Below, piece by piece: positions 1 to 9,572 of a stretch of 64,000 nucleotides of DNA. This DNA comes from Obrimoposthia wandeli (taxonomy: Eukaryota): positions 1,488,001 to 1,552,000 of the forward strand of contig CDROCS010000506.1 in assembly GCA_977020255.1 (NCBI GenBank), written 5' to 3'. Position 1 is the first letter of the stretch. Every line of letters begins with the position of its first letter. A model generated the notes under the pieces. It saw only the letters and a program-made list of their open reading frames with translations, was not told the DNA's origin and did no database searches. A program made the translations under genes and the position numbers.

Positions 1-142
1 AAACATGCTGACCAATCTGATCACGGACCATTTGCATCGCAAACTGCGTTTCATGACTGTCTAACCAACTGCGGTGTACCAACAAACCAGCGGGTTTATC
101 AATCGCGACCAAATACTCATCTTGATATAAAATATTTAACAT
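1..142 (-). CDS. truC: tRNA pseudouridine(65) synthase TruC, 5' part (runs off left edge)
   Basis: Manual minus-strand translation from ATG at 142: MLNILYQDEYLVAIDKPAGLLVHRSWLDSHETQFAMQMVRDQIGQHV, which matches the E. coli TruC N-terminus. Follows yqcC as in enterobacteria. Confidence 0.93.
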   Translation of the reverse strand, partial: MLNILYQDEYLVAIDKPAGLLVHRSWLDSHETQFAMQMVRDQIGQHV

Positions 143-207
143 TATGCTTTATTACCTAACTGGCTGTATTTAATTATTTTTATTTAACTATTATTGAACT
201 GTTTTAT

Positions 208-534
208 TTAGCTGTTTTTATTTAACAGTTTATCAAACGTTAAAATCAGGCTTAACAATTCACGTGTATCCGCAGTAACGGGTTTAAAGGCTTCTTCTGC
301 CATCGGGTGTATTGCCATGTTCGCAGGTAGCGGCATTTGCATGACCACCAGCTGCGTCATCTTATCTAAAAAGATAAACTGTAACCAATCAGTAAAAGGC
401 ATAGTATCAATGCAAAATGGCTCTGTACTCGCTAACGCCTCGGCATTGGGTTTGACGTTATTCCACAATGCAGTATGTTGTAATTCCGCTTCAATCGCAG
501 TCAGCAGCTGTTGAGCTTGCAGATAGATCGTCAT
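208..534 (-). CDS. yqcC: YqcC family protein (DUF446)
   Basis: ALASTEPFCIDTMPFTDWLQFIFL and LPANMAIHPMAEE motifs; directly upstream of truC. Start moved to MTIYLQ (534). Confidence 0.88.
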   Translation of the reverse strand: MTIYLQAQQLLTAIEAELQHTALWNNVKPNAEALASTEPFCIDTMPFTDWLQFIFLDKMTQLVVMQMPLPANMAIHPMAEEAFKPVTADTRELLSLILTFDKLLNKNS

Positions 535-728
535 AGTTGTATCTCGACTTAAGGTTCGCGACACCCATTTAGTACCGCGACCAAACAAATTTAACGGCAT
601 TATACGTCAGCCAAGCAAAGATACAAAAGTCCGTCGTGATCTCAATTAGCATCTTGATAGGGTTTGGGTATAATACGCCAATACTTAAGCGCCATTAGGC
701 TCCACTTTTAACTTGGACACATTAGAAC

Positions 729-1784
729 ATGGCTAATATGCATACCCTCAACACGCTATCGGAATTTCTGTTACAAGCAAAGACTCAATTTCGCGTGTAT
801 GACATGGGTCGTAAGATCAGCAAAATTTCAACCGACGATTTTATGCAGTTTGAATCAGCTCAGCGACCTTACCCTGCACCACTACAACGCCATGCTCAAT
901 TTGCCATTACCTTTTGGAACAAAAATGAGAATAACCAACACTATATTTGGTTTCTAAAGTTCCCACTAGATGAACAAGGCTTACTCATTCAAGGGACGCG
1001 TAATGTGTTCCTTAACATGGTCGTTGAATCACTGGGTCTAATGTTAGAGAAAACCCCAAGTGAAGAACAACAAGAACATTTGGCAACAAACCCCTATGTG
1101 TTTAAACCAAGTACTGACAAAGTAGCGATGCTCAACGCCGTTATAAACCGTGATTTTATTCGCCCAGAAAGTAAATATTATCCAACAGCGCACAACTACT
1201 TTGCTAATAAGCTAGGTCTAGAGCAATGGCAAGAAGTCGGTGTTCAAGGTATTTGCGATATCGCCGCACGCTTAAACCGTGATAACAATGCACAGCATAT
1301 CGCTACCGCATTACCAACGCTGCCAACTGAACCATTATACTCACTTTGCCTCGCCCTTGAGCATGAAGCATTGCCTACAATATTGAGTGAAGCATTAGCA
1401 GCATTAATAAGCCAGGAAATAGCCCTAGAAAAGCCCGATGATGTACGTCTATCTATGTTGTTCCGTGCATTTTCAAGCGCACCAGCACAAGGGCTACGTA
1501 CAGACCTTTACCCTGCACTCTTTAAACATCATGATATTAGCCAAACGATTGTGGCATTAGCAGGTCGCTGCTGGCATGATCTGAATGATGAAGCACTATT
1601 ATTAGCCTTCTTTGAATCCGCTGTACAGCAACAACAAGGTCAAGAGTTATTTATTTACCTGTTCTCTGACTTAGTTGCAATTCCAGCACTACGTAATAAA
1701 GTATTAGCGATGTTACGTAATCCCAACCGCACCAACACCTTGGGCAGCGCAATTGGCTTACTGTTTCGTCAGCAACGTGGCTAA
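729..1784 (+). CDS. DUF3549-like conserved protein
   Basis: 351-aa ORF with LSEFL..AKTQFRVYDMGR and WFLKFPLDEQGLL motifs, divergent from yqcC as recalled for Vibrio/Shewanella. Confidence 0.75.
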   Translation: MANMHTLNTLSEFLLQAKTQFRVYDMGRKISKISTDDFMQFESAQRPYPAPLQRHAQFAITFWNKNENNQHYIWFLKFPLDEQGLLIQGTRNVFLNMVVESLGLMLEKTPSEEQQEHLATNPYVFKPSTDKVAMLNAVINRDFIRPESKYYPTAHNYFANKLGLEQWQEVGVQGICDIAARLNRDNNAQHIATALPTLPTEPLYSLCLALEHEALPTILSEALAALISQEIALEKPDDVRLSMLFRAFSSAPAQGLRTDLYPALFKHHDISQTIVALAGRCWHDLNDEALLLAFFESAVQQQQGQELFIYLFSDLVAIPALRNKVLAMLRNPNRTNTLGSAIGLLFRQQRG

Positions 1785-1905
1785 GCTAGCTAAAGTAGAA
1801 TGAATAGAACGAGTAGCATTGAAACAGCATTAACTCGCAGTAAAGCACAAGCAAACTGCTGTGACGCATAACAAAATGACACAGCTATCACGGAGTAACT
1901 AGAAT

Positions 1906-2202
1906 ATGGGAAGTTTGTTAGCCATCGTCGTTGGTTTTATCGGGATTGTGATCTTTTCACACCTGCGTAAACAAGCTGAATTAGCCAATGCATTAATCAA
2001 GCAATATTGCCAACAGCAGCAACTACAATGGTTATCAACGGCCCAAGCGGGTATCGGCTGGCAACCACACAAAGGCAGTTTGTTTCGCTATAAATTTAAT
2101 TTTGAGTTTAGCAGTAATGGCGAAAATGCCTATCAAGCTTGCCTCGTGATGGCGGGGCCGACCGTCTTAGAGTTTATCGTGCCACCTTATGCGATAGATT
2201 GA
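1906..2202 (+). CDS. DUF3301-like small membrane-anchored protein
   Basis: N-terminal hydrophobic helix, YCQQQQLQWL and YKFNFEFSSNGE..YQ motifs; GGAG RBS upstream. Confidence 0.7.
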   Translation: MGSLLAIVVGFIGIVIFSHLRKQAELANALIKQYCQQQQLQWLSTAQAGIGWQPHKGSLFRYKFNFEFSSNGENAYQACLVMAGPTVLEFIVPPYAID

Positions 2203-2263
2203 CTGTGATAAACTAACGTTGTTGTGCATCTCTGGCTATACTGAAAAAAAACACTGGAGCCAG

Positions 2264-2494
2264 ATGATGTTTTTAACCACGCAAACCTTAGCCATGTTAT
2301 TTGCACAACTCGGATTAGAGAATGATGAATTAAGCATAAAACGTTTTATCCATCAGCATAAACTCAAGGCCGGCGTATTATTATTTGAAGCTCCGTTTTG
2401 GAATAAATCCCAAGCGCTGTTTCTCCAAGAATCGATTTATGAAGATGCCGACTGGGCAGAAGTCATCGATCATCTTGATGCCATGCTACGTTAA
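2264..2494 (+). CDS. DUF2789-like small protein
   Basis: LFAQLGL..D..SI..FI..H and APFWNKSQA.FL.E....DADWAEVIDHLD motifs; GGAG RBS before ATG 2264. Confidence 0.78.
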   Translation: MMFLTTQTLAMLFAQLGLENDELSIKRFIHQHKLKAGVLLFEAPFWNKSQALFLQESIYEDADWAEVIDHLDAMLR

Positions 2495-2548
2495 TAGCAA
2501 AATAAATAATCTAACCCACAAAATAAGATAAATTAAGGAAGACATATC

Positions 2549-2878
2549 ATGAGCCGACAGCATATAGTTGATGCCGCAAACCGAGTGGCTCTAGAAGGGA
2601 AACAACCGAGTGTCGCACTGATAAAATCGCAACTGACAGAACCAGCTGGTCTACGCGAAATTATTGAAACACTGAAAACATGGCAATTTGATCCGCATAC
2701 TAAGGTTGCAGAAAAACAGCCTGCAACGGTGATCACAGCGACAGAAACCGAGACGACAGCAGCCTTAATAGCCACTGCCATCGCTGCTGTACGTGAAGAG
2801 TTTGCGCCATTACACCAAGAAGTTGCCGAGCTAAAAGCTGAGATCGCCACATTAAAACAAGCGCTTTTAACACAATAA
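2549..2878 (+). CDS. KfrA-N-like putative DNA-binding protein with C-terminal coiled coil
   Basis: AAGGA RBS; N-terminus IVDAANRVALEGKQPSVALIKSQL...IETLKTW resembles KfrA_N; heptad tail LHQEVAELKAEIATLKQAL. Confidence 0.6.
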   Translation: MSRQHIVDAANRVALEGKQPSVALIKSQLTEPAGLREIIETLKTWQFDPHTKVAEKQPATVITATETETTAALIATAIAAVREEFAPLHQEVAELKAEIATLKQALLTQ

Positions 2879-3021
2879 CGGCTGCTCTAGCATCATCTAA
2901 TATTTATAGTAATTACGGCAATAACATTTACACCGACAACACGCGACTGACTAAGTGTCATTTCATCAAGATAATATCAAGAGAAATAGCCAAGGTCAGT
3001 TGCCGCCATTGAGAGAATACC

Positions 3022-3783
3022 TTGTTTACTGCAGAACTGACTTTTGAATGTTATCAAGACACGACTATCGATGCTGTCGATGGTGCGATCACCCAACTGA
3101 TTGATGCTTTACGTTATAACGGTCAAATATTAGGTCGTGAATTTCCAACCAGCATGGATGATGGGGTATTTATTACCCGTGTTGTTTGTCCTGAAGAAGA
3201 AAGCCTGCACCCAAGGCATCATTCCAGTATCGTTGATACACGCTTAAAAGCCTTAAGTGAAGCGGGTTTACTCGCCCCTAAAATTCGCCTGACAGGTATG
3301 GATCTACACTCAGACAATACCGATCCTTGTCAGCAACCTGAGTGGCAAGTGTTATATACCAACTATCTCAGCACTTGCTCACCACTGCGTTGCGGTGAAC
3401 ACCTAGCCCCAATCCCACTGTATAAACTACCAACGCCAGCGATTGGCGATCATCAAGATTTATTACGCTGGCAGGTAGATTGGAGTTCAACAGACGAATT
3501 ACAAATGCATGGCACCACATTAAAACAAGCATGTAGTGACGCGTTAACGGATATAACCAGCCCGCTGAATAATACCGGTTGGCAGTTAGCCAAGGAGATT
3601 GAGCAGAAAAGTAAGATACCAACTTATTATTATCTTTATCACTTAGCGGATACGGTAAAACAAGACGAGAAAACACGTCCTTGTCCAAGTTGTGGCGGTG
3701 ATTGGCAATTGGAAACAGCGTTACACGGTATCTTTGATTTTAAATGTGAGCCTTGCCGCTTAGTATCTAATTTACCTTGGTAG
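3022..3783 (+). CDS. Zn-ribbon-containing protein (DUF2310-like)
   Basis: TTG start; LRYNGQILGRE, CSPLRC, CPSCGGDW and CEPCRLVS motifs; convergent with syd. Confidence 0.82.
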   Translation: MFTAELTFECYQDTTIDAVDGAITQLIDALRYNGQILGREFPTSMDDGVFITRVVCPEEESLHPRHHSSIVDTRLKALSEAGLLAPKIRLTGMDLHSDNTDPCQQPEWQVLYTNYLSTCSPLRCGEHLAPIPLYKLPTPAIGDHQDLLRWQVDWSSTDELQMHGTTLKQACSDALTDITSPLNNTGWQLAKEIEQKSKIPTYYYLYHLADTVKQDEKTRPCPSCGGDWQLETALHGIFDFKCEPCRLVSNLPW

Positions 3784-3807
3784 GTAGGTTAACCCTAAAA
3801 ATGACAC

Positions 3808-3844
3808 AAAAAAACAGCGCAAGTACAACCTGGCGCTGTTTTTT
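3808..3844. terminator. Bidirectional intrinsic terminator between DUF2310 gene and syd
   Basis: A-tract, CAGCGC...GCGCTG stem, T-tract. Confidence 0.75.
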
Positions 3845-3872
3845 ATTATAGTTAAATATTGTTGAATAACGC

Positions 3873-4442
3873 TTAAAGCGCTGGTAGTACCGGCGTTAAC
3901 TGCTCAATAAAGTTCGCAAGATCTGGGGCTAATACCTCAGAGATCCCTTTACCTAGCACTTCACGCACCACTTCACCACTGACATTATCAAGGGCGATGA
4001 TCTGCATATCATCGGCGCAACTAGCAATAAATAACGTTGGCGGTTGTTTAAGCGTTTTTTTCATCATCAAATGCGCAATCATATTTTCTTGTAAGCGCTT
4101 TGAGTCATCTTCGCTCCATACCTGCACTAACTCAATAATCTCGTCATTAAAACTAGCAGGCATATGATCACTAAAGTAAGCACCGAAGAAAACGGCTATT
4201 TGTGGATCAAGCTCAATACTCAATGCCGCTTCAATATTACTAAATGAGCTTACCTCATTACGTCTTACTGGCAACCATGCTTGATGGCCTGCAAGCAGTT
4301 GTGGTTGATTCGCGTCGGCAATAAAACAAGGTGAGTCCCATTCTGGATCAAATTCTTGCTGTGGTAAATAATCTTGTGTTTGCCAAAGTTGTTCACAGCG
4401 CGCATAAAAAGCAATCAACGCATCGGTTACAGCTGCAGTCAT
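3873..4442 (-). CDS. syd: SecY-interacting protein Syd
   Basis: W.SPC, FSNIEAAL.IELDPQI..FF, LVQVWSEDD..RLQEN.I.HL.MK..LKQPPTLFIA motifs; divergent from queF. Confidence 0.92.
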   Translation of the reverse strand: MTAAVTDALIAFYARCEQLWQTQDYLPQQEFDPEWDSPCFIADANQPQLLAGHQAWLPVRRNEVSSFSNIEAALSIELDPQIAVFFGAYFSDHMPASFNDEIIELVQVWSEDDSKRLQENMIAHLMMKKTLKQPPTLFIASCADDMQIIALDNVSGEVVREVLGKGISEVLAPDLANFIEQLTPVLPAL

Positions 4443-4552
4443 TATATTCCCCAAAAAATGATTAAATCGGCTATAGCATATCACTACGCAGTAAAATTTA
4501 TTACAATCTCGCCATTGATAAGTGAATTATCTGCAACAGACGAGAATTAACC

Positions 4553-5407
4553 ATGACACCAGCAAACCGTTACCAAGATTCAACTGCACTCGATAAGCTC
4601 AACTTAGGGCAAAAAACCGAGTATATCTCTCAGTACCAACCTAGCTTGCTACAACCAGTACCAAGACAATTGAATCGAGATGATCTGGCATTATCAGATC
4701 AATTGCCCTTCACTGGTTGTGATCTTTGGAACTTATATGAATTGTCTTGGTTAAATAGCAAAGGTAAACCGATTGTGGCTGTTGCAGAAGTGAAGGTCTG
4801 TGCCACATCAGCAAACTTAATAGAGTCTAAGTCATTTAAACTGTACTTAAACAGCTTCAACCAAACCCGCTTTAGCTCGACAAACGAGGTGACTGAAACA
4901 CTACAGCGTGACCTAGCAATATGCGCAGAAGGCCCTGTTGAAGTTGTCATGTTCGATGACTTGGATACAGCGCCAAGCCAAATTACCAAAATTAACGGCA
5001 CTTGCATTGATCATCTGGATATAGATATCGAGGATTATGAATTTAATGCTGAGTTATTAAAATCTGCCGCAGATAATACCGACACTGTTGATGAAGTTGT
5101 TTACAGCCACTTACTTAAATCAAATTGTCTGGTAACTAATCAACCAGATTGGGGCAGCGTTTATATTGCTTATCAAGGTAATAAGATCGACCAAGAAGCA
5201 TTATTACGCTACTTAATCTCATTCCGTCAGCATAATGAATTTCATGAGCAATGCGTTGAACGTATTTTCACCGATATCATGCACTTCTGTAAGCCAGAGC
5301 AATTAACTGTATATGCACGCTATACCCGCAGAGGTGGTTTGGACATCAACCCATTCAGAACCAATTGTGGCGCTAAAATAGATAATATTCGCTTAATCCG
5401 CCAATAA
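4553..5407 (+). CDS. queF: NADPH-dependent 7-cyano-7-deazaguanine reductase (type II QueF)
   Basis: [44 protein letters not shown] and [13 protein letters not shown] motifs. Confidence 0.98.
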   Translation: MTPANRYQDSTALDKLNLGQKTEYISQYQPSLLQPVPRQLNRDDLALSDQLPFTGCDLWNLYELSWLNSKGKPIVAVAEVKVCATSANLIESKSFKLYLNSFNQTRFSSTNEVTETLQRDLAICAEGPVEVVMFDDLDTAPSQITKINGTCIDHLDIDIEDYEFNAELLKSAADNTDTVDEVVYSHLLKSNCLVTNQPDWGSVYIAYQGNKIDQEALLRYLISFRQHNEFHEQCVERIFTDIMHFCKPEQLTVYARYTRRGGLDINPFRTNCGAKIDNIRLIRQ

Positions 5408-5605
5408 CATGACGTGGCTGGCTATTTATTTAAATATCCAGTCATTAACAAAAGCAGTAAAATAGTTTAGTATTTACCCGTTGCAATCAATTAGAGGTAC
5501 AATGCCCTGTTGGTAACATAGCAACAACGACCTCATTCAAAAAGAGGCCTACATTAGCAAAGGAAAGCTAATCTTAAATTAAGGACATGTAATCATAAGA
5601 ATGTG

Positions 5606-7855
5606 ATGGCTGCCTTTCTAGTCGACATTAAACACATGATTTTACGTTTTTTTTATGCGCTTGCATTTCTTCTATTTAGCACAACAGCAGCGGCCAGCCT
5701 ATTTGACCAGCTGATATTACCCAATGAACTAAAACGCAGCCAACAAGTGCAATACAGCCAACCTTATCAATGCATTCAAATTATTGATGAGTTTTTACAG
5801 GCACAAAAAAGAGACGTATTAAGCGAAGTCTCTCGCGTGAGTCACATCCGAGAAAAATCGATCACACCTTCTGACCTTGTACTGATTAAACAACAAAAAG
5901 CCTTGTGTTATTTCTACGCCAATAATACCGAGCAAGCCGTCATTACGCTAGACAAGATGCTCGCCACCAAAAAACATAATCTACCCTTACATCTTAGACA
6001 ACAAAGTTTATTAATAAAAAGTCATATTCTGGCGCAATCAACGACCTTGGCTAATTTCCAGCTCGCACAAGAAACCATAGATCAAGTGCTCAGCAGTATT
6101 GATAACAATACTTACAACCCGACAGCCAATGGTTATTTTGCTCTTAAGATTATCGCTGGTGAGATAGCGCTCAAATTAAACGACTATCAAGAGTCAATGA
6201 CACTGTTTCGAGAAGCGCAAAAATACGCAGCTAAAACCCCCCTCACCAATAATGCCGCTTGGGCTGCTTATGCTATTGGCTATAATTACCAACAGCAAAA
6301 TAAACTCACGTTAGCGATTAACTTTTATAATAAAGCCCAGCAAAAATTACTGGATAATAAAGATACGCTTAATGGCCTGCTCACTAAAAAAATGAGTCAA
6401 GCATATATTACTCAAGATAATTTTAAATTAGCCATCAGTTTCGCCAATCAATCTGCACAATATTATCAAAACCTCGGTAACAAACTGCAGCTGTCTGATT
6501 CTTTATTAGCCCTCGCAAGCATGCACCGTAAGATTAAAGAATATAACTTATCCTTAGTTTATTACTTTAACGCCTTAGACTTACTGAAAATATTTGATGA
6601 AAAAAACAGATTAAATACCGTTTATTTCGAAGTGGGTAAGACTTACTTACAAATGGGCAACTTTAACTTAGCTGAACAGTATTTACTCAATGCCGAACAA
6701 CTTTTTGTCAACAATGGTCAAAATCGTTTACTGCTTGAATCACTTGTACATTTAGCCAATTTAGCGATCCAACAACAGCATTACGACAAAGCATTAGCGC
6801 GATTAAATAAAGCCCTGGCGATTGCGGGCCAACTTAATAACAGCAAAAACTTTGAAACCGTCTATTTGTATCTTGCTACGGCTTATGAAGAAACAGATCA
6901 ATACGCAAAAGCGCTTGATAGCTACAAACAGTTCGTGCGTTACAATAAAAAATCTAACTTTGACGCCAAAAAGACAGTACCCGTTTCGAATCAGCACAGA
7001 GAAAATAATGAAATAAAATCACAAAAAATAGACCAACTTCAAACACAAGTAACCAAACTCAAACAAGCAAAACATAACTTGATTATTAATGTGTTCTTAC
7101 TGGCTTCTATTGTGCTAATTATTCTTTATTTGTACTACGTTAGTAATCAGAAAATGAAGTTGCAACGCGAAGAGGTTGAAGAGCTCGAAGATAGCTATAA
7201 CCGCCATCCAAATACCGGCTTAAATAACATTAACAGCCTCAAGAAATATATCCCAACACCATTACAAGAAGCCCGATTTTACTCAGATTGGGAATATTCA
7301 GATAAACAAAATAGTGTGCATAGCTGCGCCATTATTAACCTCGATTTTTTGCAATCTTTACGTCAGAAATATAGCCTTTCCTTGGTTAATAGAGTCGAAA
7401 CCGAGTTAGGCGCTTATTTGTCAAAGCAACTAAATGATTCTGAACGTTTATTTCAATTAAATGACTCACAACTATTGTTAGTTCGAAAAGTAAACAAGAA
7501 CTACGATCCAGCCATCATTGCTAACTATATTTTAGATTGGTTTGAGCAATTTGATTGTCAGCTGAATTTTAGCAAAGATATCTCGATAGGCATGGTTTCA
7601 CATCCGTTCTTATTTAAATACCCAACGGCCATCGACAGCAAAAAACTGTTAAACATTGCCACCTTAGCCTTATCAGGTGCGACTCAATTAAGCCGTAAAC
7701 ACAAGCAAAATAGCTGGGTGCAATTAAGTGCATTGACCTATACACAACCAGCATTTTTCCATGGTGACATTTGGAATCGCTCCAAACAGGCAATAGAAAA
7801 AGGCTTAGTAAAAGTCACATCATCAACCGACAAAAATGATATTAATTGGTTGTAA
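5606..7855 (+). CDS. Signal peptide + TPR repeats + TM helix + degenerate GGDEF-like domain
   Basis: Hydrophobic N-terminus ending AAA; several TPR-like helices (e.g. VYFEVGKTYLQMGNFNLAEQYLLNA); TM LIINVFLLASIVLIILYLYYV; C-terminal GGDEF-like segment with FQLNDSQLL at the signature position. Start uncertain (5603/5606/5636). Confidence 0.75.
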   Translation: MAAFLVDIKHMILRFFYALAFLLFSTTAAASLFDQLILPNELKRSQQVQYSQPYQCIQIIDEFLQAQKRDVLSEVSRVSHIREKSITPSDLVLIKQQKALCYFYANNTEQAVITLDKMLATKKHNLPLHLRQQSLLIKSHILAQSTTLANFQLAQETIDQVLSSIDNNTYNPTANGYFALKIIAGEIALKLNDYQESMTLFREAQKYAAKTPLTNNAAWAAYAIGYNYQQQNKLTLAINFYNKAQQKLLDNKDTLNGLLTKKMSQAYITQDNFKLAISFANQSAQYYQNLGNKLQLSDSLLALASMHRKIKEYNLSLVYYFNALDLLKIFDEKNRLNTVYFEVGKTYLQMGNFNLAEQYLLNAEQLFVNNGQNRLLLESLVHLANLAIQQQHYDKALARLNKALAIAGQLNNSKNFETVYLYLATAYEETDQYAKALDSYKQFVRYNKKSNFDAKKTVPVSNQHRENNEIKSQKIDQLQTQVTKLKQAKHNLIINVFLLASIVLIILYLYYVSNQKMKLQREEVEELEDSYNRHPNTGLNNINSLKKYIPTPLQEARFYSDWEYSDKQNSVHSCAIINLDFLQSLRQKYSLSLVNRVETELGAYLSKQLNDSERLFQLNDSQLLLVRKVNKNYDPAIIANYILDWFEQFDCQLNFSKDISIGMVSHPFLFKYPTAIDSKKLLNIATLALSGATQLSRKHKQNSWVQLSALTYTQPAFFHGDIWNRSKQAIEKGLVKVTSSTDKNDINWL

Positions 7856-7945
7856 GCTTACATTTTAAGCCCAAACTATTTTATAGATGTATATATAGTG
7901 GTAAGCTAATCTTCATCTTTGATTTAACCAATGTGAAGAGTTTTC

Positions 7946-9475
7946 ATGCAGATGTCACAAGATACGCATTCAGCAACACCAGTAAGTGAGTCAAACGGCT
8001 ACACTAAAATTAACACCGCAATGTTATTAGCATTCATCAATCGTTTACTTGGCGCAACACGAGGTATCGATAACGAGCTAAACATTGAAGTGAGTAAACT
8101 GAAAGCAACGCTTGAACGCAGTGCATCTGACGATGAGCTAATCACCCAAATCAAGCAAGTTGAACGTCAGGTAATGCTACAACCACACGTATTATCTGAT
8201 ACCTTAAAGATTGCTGATAGCGCTATATCTCAAGCCGCTACGTCACTCATCAATTTATTACAACACGATCCAGAACTCTCCGCAGAATTGCAATTAGTAC
8301 TAGCAGAACCGAAAGCGACAGCCGTTGTTGCATTACAAACTAAGGTGCAATCACTTTTCTGCATTTATCATAATGCGATCAAAAACCTACAAGAATCTCG
8401 CAGTGATAACAGCCATAATTTGTCAGCAACAGCCATCGCTCATAAAAAAATATGCGATGACTTACAACGCTTAATCAATGAATTGGATTTTTCAGGGGGC
8501 TTTGGCTCTAATCTAAAAAAAATCCGTCAACGCTTATTGCAAGGTGTAAAAAGCCATGAACTTGTTGATATCTGCCTACAGATCATTAACAACGTTATTG
8601 AAGGTGCACGTGAAGAACGTCTGGCTTCAAAAACCTTTTTGCATGCCATCGTTGAAGAACTCAATAACATTGCTTATAAGTTTGATAATTCATTAACTGA
8701 TAGTAGTAACATCAGCAAAAAGCAGATGAGTTTATTAACAAATTTGAAAGAACGTATTGATATCTTAGATCTCGATATCAGCACCAGCGATAATTTAGCA
8801 GAAACCAAGCAACATGTTCAGCAAGGGTTAGAGATCATTTCGAGTAGTATTCAGCAGCAAGAACAATTACTGCAGGACAAAATTAGACTTGAAGCTCAAA
8901 TTAAAGCAGTTCAACGCCAACTTGAAGAACTCAAAAAAGAAACCTTGCTGCATACTCAGCGCTTAGAAGCACAACAACATAAACTCTATCTAGATTCACT
9001 CACGCAAGTCTATAATCGCACCGCATTAGATGAGCGTTTTAAACTCGAATTCAAACGCTGGCAGCGTTATCAAACCAATACCACCATCGCGATGATCGAC
9101 ATCGATCACTTTAAAAATATCAATGATACTTTTGGTCATATCGCCGGGGATAAAGCACTTAAAATAGTAGCAAGAGCGTTACAGAAATCGATAAAAAATG
9201 CGGATTTCATCGCCCGTTTTGGTGGTGAAGAATTTGTATTGTTACTGAGTGATTTAGCGCCGAATGAAATACAGGCTGTACTAGATAAACTGCGCAATAC
9301 CATCAAAAGCATACCGTTTCGATTTAAAGGTAAACAGATCTCAATTACCATCTCAATTGGGGCGACCCAGTTCACTGCCGATGACAACGAGACAGTGGAA
9401 CCTTTCGAGCGTGCTGACAAAGCATTATATGAAGCAAAAAACTCGGGACGAGATAAAGTTATCATTAGGATCTAA
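7946..9475 (+). CDS. Cytoplasmic diguanylate cyclase (helical N-terminus + GGEEF)
   Basis: DSLTQVYNR, MIDIDHFKNINDTFGHIAGD, ARFGGEEF and ADKALYEAKNSGRD motifs; no TM segment seen. Confidence 0.92.
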   Translation: MQMSQDTHSATPVSESNGYTKINTAMLLAFINRLLGATRGIDNELNIEVSKLKATLERSASDDELITQIKQVERQVMLQPHVLSDTLKIADSAISQAATSLINLLQHDPELSAELQLVLAEPKATAVVALQTKVQSLFCIYHNAIKNLQESRSDNSHNLSATAIAHKKICDDLQRLINELDFSGGFGSNLKKIRQRLLQGVKSHELVDICLQIINNVIEGAREERLASKTFLHAIVEELNNIAYKFDNSLTDSSNISKKQMSLLTNLKERIDILDLDISTSDNLAETKQHVQQGLEIISSSIQQQEQLLQDKIRLEAQIKAVQRQLEELKKETLLHTQRLEAQQHKLYLDSLTQVYNRTALDERFKLEFKRWQRYQTNTTIAMIDIDHFKNINDTFGHIAGDKALKIVARALQKSIKNADFIARFGGEEFVLLLSDLAPNEIQAVLDKLRNTIKSIPFRFKGKQISITISIGATQFTADDNETVEPFERADKALYEAKNSGRDKVIIRI

Positions 9476-9572
9476 ACTTAATGAGACCTGCGACGATAAG
9501 TCTAGCGATAATCACCTGTTAATATCCGATTATATCTACTCATCGTCAATGTCTCAGACTGGAGTTTAGCTT

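Noticed and set aside
5410-5600. c-di-GMP riboswitch upstream of the GGDEF genes
   Set aside because: No GEMM-I (GNRA tetraloop/receptor, GCAAA...) or class II consensus visible.
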